A stretch of 64,000 nt of DNA from Macrostomum lignano. Lineage: Eukaryota. Shown piece after piece: positions 50,438-64,000 of the stretch. The stretch lies in assembly GCA_002269645.1 (NCBI GenBank), contig NIVC01000202.1, forward strand, positions 434,001 to 498,000, read 5' to 3'. The notes beneath the pieces were generated by a model. It was not told the origin of the DNA. It ran no database searches and was given only the letters and a program-made list of their open reading frames with translations. The position numbers and the translations under genes were made by a program. Position 1 is the stretch's first letter; every line of letters starts with the position of its first letter.

Positions 50438-51133
50438 ACAAGGCAAGAGAAACGCAAAGAAGGATAATATTGTCCGAAATTACCGTCAATAAACAAACTT
50501 GATGGATATGCCATATTTATTTGTAACTTGAAAGTTTTTAATTGTAAGTTATTTATCAAAATATCTTTGCTTGAGCAGAAGAAAATCAGCAAAACTCATT
50601 CCAGCTGTAAAATTTTGAGTTTGTCAGACATTCATTTCTGGTTTATTTTGCGCTGAAATTGGTGCCAACTTAAAATATAAATTCGGAATACAGCCGATAA
50701 CGTATATTTCTTGACCGCTTTACAAAACGATGTTTTCCTGTTGAACTTTCTTTCGAAACCATGCTGTACAGAAACTGGGTTTGGCAATTGCTGTTTGCAA
50801 AGTGATATTATTGACCAGGCAGGACTATGTAGCTATGCTATTTAGTATGTCAAGATTAATATGGTATTATAGTCAGGCTCAGCGCTTCAGGCCTCATCCA
50901 TGGATGAATAAAACCATGGATTGCTCGTCTGCCTTAAATTTAGGGATGCAGTTTCGCCTCGTGAAGCCCCCTTTCGCACCGATTGGCTTAGCTGGAGCGT
51001 GAAGTGAGTCAGGAATTGTCAGTCAGCAAATTTTTTACCGAGCATCGGTGATCGACAAGTCACCATGAACCACAGCACCTATCTCTGCTGCTGATGCTCT
51101 CAACAATCCTCAATCCTGAAGGTTTAGAATGCC

Positions 51134-51310
51134 GTGGAACTTACGATCTCAGCGTTGTCAGCGTTGTGGGCAAAATTCAACCGACTACCGCGCCCTGAGG
51201 GCACCTGTCGAAAGTGCGGGAAGCCAGGTTACTTCTCATGCGTGTGCCGGAGGGCCAGGACCCACTTTGCTGCGCCAGTTGAAGCCGCTGGCATCCAGTT
51301 GACGGATGTC
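51134..51310 (+). mobile_element. gag zinc-knuckle relic
   Basis: CRKCGKPGYFSCVC is a degenerate CX2CX4HX4C. Confidence 0.45.
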
Positions 51311-51834
51311 AGCAATTGCTGACTTTGCAAACAGCAATTGCTAAAGCCAGTTTCAGTACAGCATGGTTTCGAAAGAAAGTTAAACAACAAAATATCGTTT
51401 TGTAAGGCGGACAAGAAATATACGGTATCGGCTGCATGCCGAATTTATATTTTAAATTGGCGCCAATTTCAGCGCAAAATAAACCAGAAATGAATGTCTG
51501 ACAACTTAAAATTTCACAGCTGAAATGATCTTTTGCAGATTTTCTTCTGCTCAAGCAACGATATGTTCAGAAACAATTTCTAAAACAATATTTATGAAAT
51601 AAAAGATCGTTCGAAAATTCGCAAGGAGGCCACAATAGTTTTTTGTAATGTCAAACGCAGAAAAGTTTGTATCACATCATTGAATTTTTGGCAAAAAGAT
51701 ATAAAACCATATCAAGTGTACATTTTACAAACGGGGTTAAAAATTAAAATGGTGCATAAAAAAGCAAATTTTATACATCAACGGGATGCGTGGACAATAT
51801 TTATCTTGTCTGTTTTCTTTCGGCTTCGCTCTGG

Positions 51835-62175
<10,341 letters not shown>

Positions 62176-62689
62176 TGCCTCACCGATGTTCTCACTCTCG
62201 AGCCTCTGCTGGCTGAAGGAGGGGAGGAACGTGAAGGAAGCACTGGGAAATGGAGCAGGAAAATGACTAAAGCAGCTGGGTTGCCAGTTGCTCAGGGTAG
62301 ATATACTCGGCCGTGAGAGCGGACTGTGTGAGCGATGGGGGGGGGGGCGGGTCCGGGCCAGGTACTGCACGGCGGCAATGCGCCATTGGACAATGCAGAA
62401 GCAGAATGGGTAGTGAGGGAGAGAGAGAGAACTGAAGGGGGTGGCGGGCTCGAAATGTTGACTTGTTTCAGGAGGCGGGTGCGTTGTCTGGGCTGTGAGG
62501 AGTAAAACTGGTTTAATGCCACTCCCTCATCGGCTGCCAGCAGCTGCTTCTGGCTTTGTTGAAGTGGGACTGAACTTTTAAAATATGCAGATAGCGTTGC
62601 TCAGTTAGAGGACAGCTACTTAGTAGCTAGAGCGGAGAGGGCAGGAGAGGAAAGAACAGAAGATGTAATGAGATTAGATTAAAAATTAG

Positions 62690-63225
62690 ATAAGATTGGA
62701 TGAGATGAGATGAGATTGTATATGAGATTGGTTGAGATAGGATGATATGAGATGAGATTGAATGGGATGAGATTGGATGAGATGAGATGAGATTGGATGA
62801 GATGAGATTGGATGAAATAAGATGAGATTGGATGAGATGAGATGAGATTGGATGAGATGAGATGAGATTGGATGAGATGAGATCGGATGAAATGAGATGA
62901 GATTGGATGATATGAGATGAGATTGAATGGGATGAGATTGGATGAAATGAGATGAGATTGGATGAGATGAGATGAGATTGTAGATGAGATTGGTTGAGAT
63001 TGGATGAGATGAGATTGGGTGAAATGAGATGAGATTGGATGAGATGAGATGAGATTGGATGAGATGAGATTGGATGAAATGAGATGAGATTAGATGAGAT
63101 GAGATGAGATTGGATGAGATGAGATGGGATGAAAGGAGATGAGATTGGATGAGATGATATGAGATTGGATGAGATGAGATGAAATGAGATTAGATTAGAT
63201 GAGACGAGATGAGGTGAGATTAGAT
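62690..63225. repeat. (GATGA/GATTG)n pentanucleotide-based satellite
   Basis: Seen directly. Confidence 0.93.
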
Positions 63226-63709
63226 GAGAGGAGAGGAGGAGAGACTACGAGCTAGAGCAGAAAGTTGGATATTGCCCATGTCACACTCATGTGGATACAG
63301 CATACCCAGACTTAGATATCCCTGCACTCCACTAAGCAGAGAGGATTCAAGCAGGTATGGAGCGCACAGGACTAAGGCTGTAAACTTGATGAGGTCACGG
63401 GTGTACAGGAGATCCGGTTGGAACTGGATTTTTATTGCAATAATTTTTCCAATTCAAACAAAACTTCCGTTTATAATCCAATAAACTCTAGTTAGAGCTT
63501 GATATTTTAATTGGAATTTTTATTGAGTCCTTGACTACGCTATGGCTGAAGAAGGCGAGCTGGCAGAGGCCAGCTACTATTTTTAGAATTGAAGTGCACC
63601 TCAGCATCCACCCGATACACGAACGGTCACTCTGTACTTAACCAACAACAATAAAGCAGGGGTGTCACCATGGATTTGATGCTGGAGGGGGAACGAAGTC
63701 AGGAATTCT

Positions 63710-64000
63710 TTATGTACATGAATAAATTCCTACATGTACATGAATAAATTCCTACAGGTACATGACTAAATTCCTACATGTACATGATTAAATTCCTACA
63801 TGTACATGACTAAATTCCTACATGTACATGACTAAATTCCTACATGTACATGACTAAATTCCTACATGTACATGACTAAATTCCTACATGTACATGACTA
63901 AATTCCTACATGTACATGACTAAATTCCTACATGTACATGATTAAATTCCTACATGTACATGACTAAATTCCTACATGTACATGATTAAATTCCTACATG
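63710..64000. repeat. 22-bp minisatellite TAAATTCCTACATGTACATGAC, running off the window end
   Basis: Seen directly. It has a palindromic CATGTACATG core. Confidence 0.93.

Overview
Repeat-rich animal genomic DNA with spliceosomal introns. Its composition resembles a free-living flatworm such as Macrostomum, but that is an impression I cannot verify. Genes I can build by hand with consistent GT-AG splice phases: (1) a CenH3/CENP-A-like histone (minus, about 589-2051; the exon join is uncertain); (2) an intronless eEF1-gamma (11154-12443); (3) a 3-exon alpha1-adrenergic-like amine GPCR (14190-28276); (4) four intact paralogues of a small (~100-120 aa) protein with a signal peptide, a Pro-rich core and a hydrophobic C-terminus (32.5-50.4 kb); (5) a 14-exon, catalytically intact ADAM metalloprotease (minus, 62175-51835). 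The most striking observation is that the ADAM's apparent last exon is a paralogue of the small genes' GPI-signal-like terminal exon, so this ADAM would lack a normal cytoplasmic tail. The 28.8-52 kb interval is a mosaic of direct and inverted duplications, ADAM pseudo-exons and decayed transposons (Gypsy with a nested solo LTR, Crypton-like, LINE, hAT and Harbinger-like MITEs, tRNA-CORE SINEs). A strongly CpG-depleted domain lies at about 2.8-11.1 kb. All coordinates were counted by hand, and repeat or transposon boundaries are approximate.
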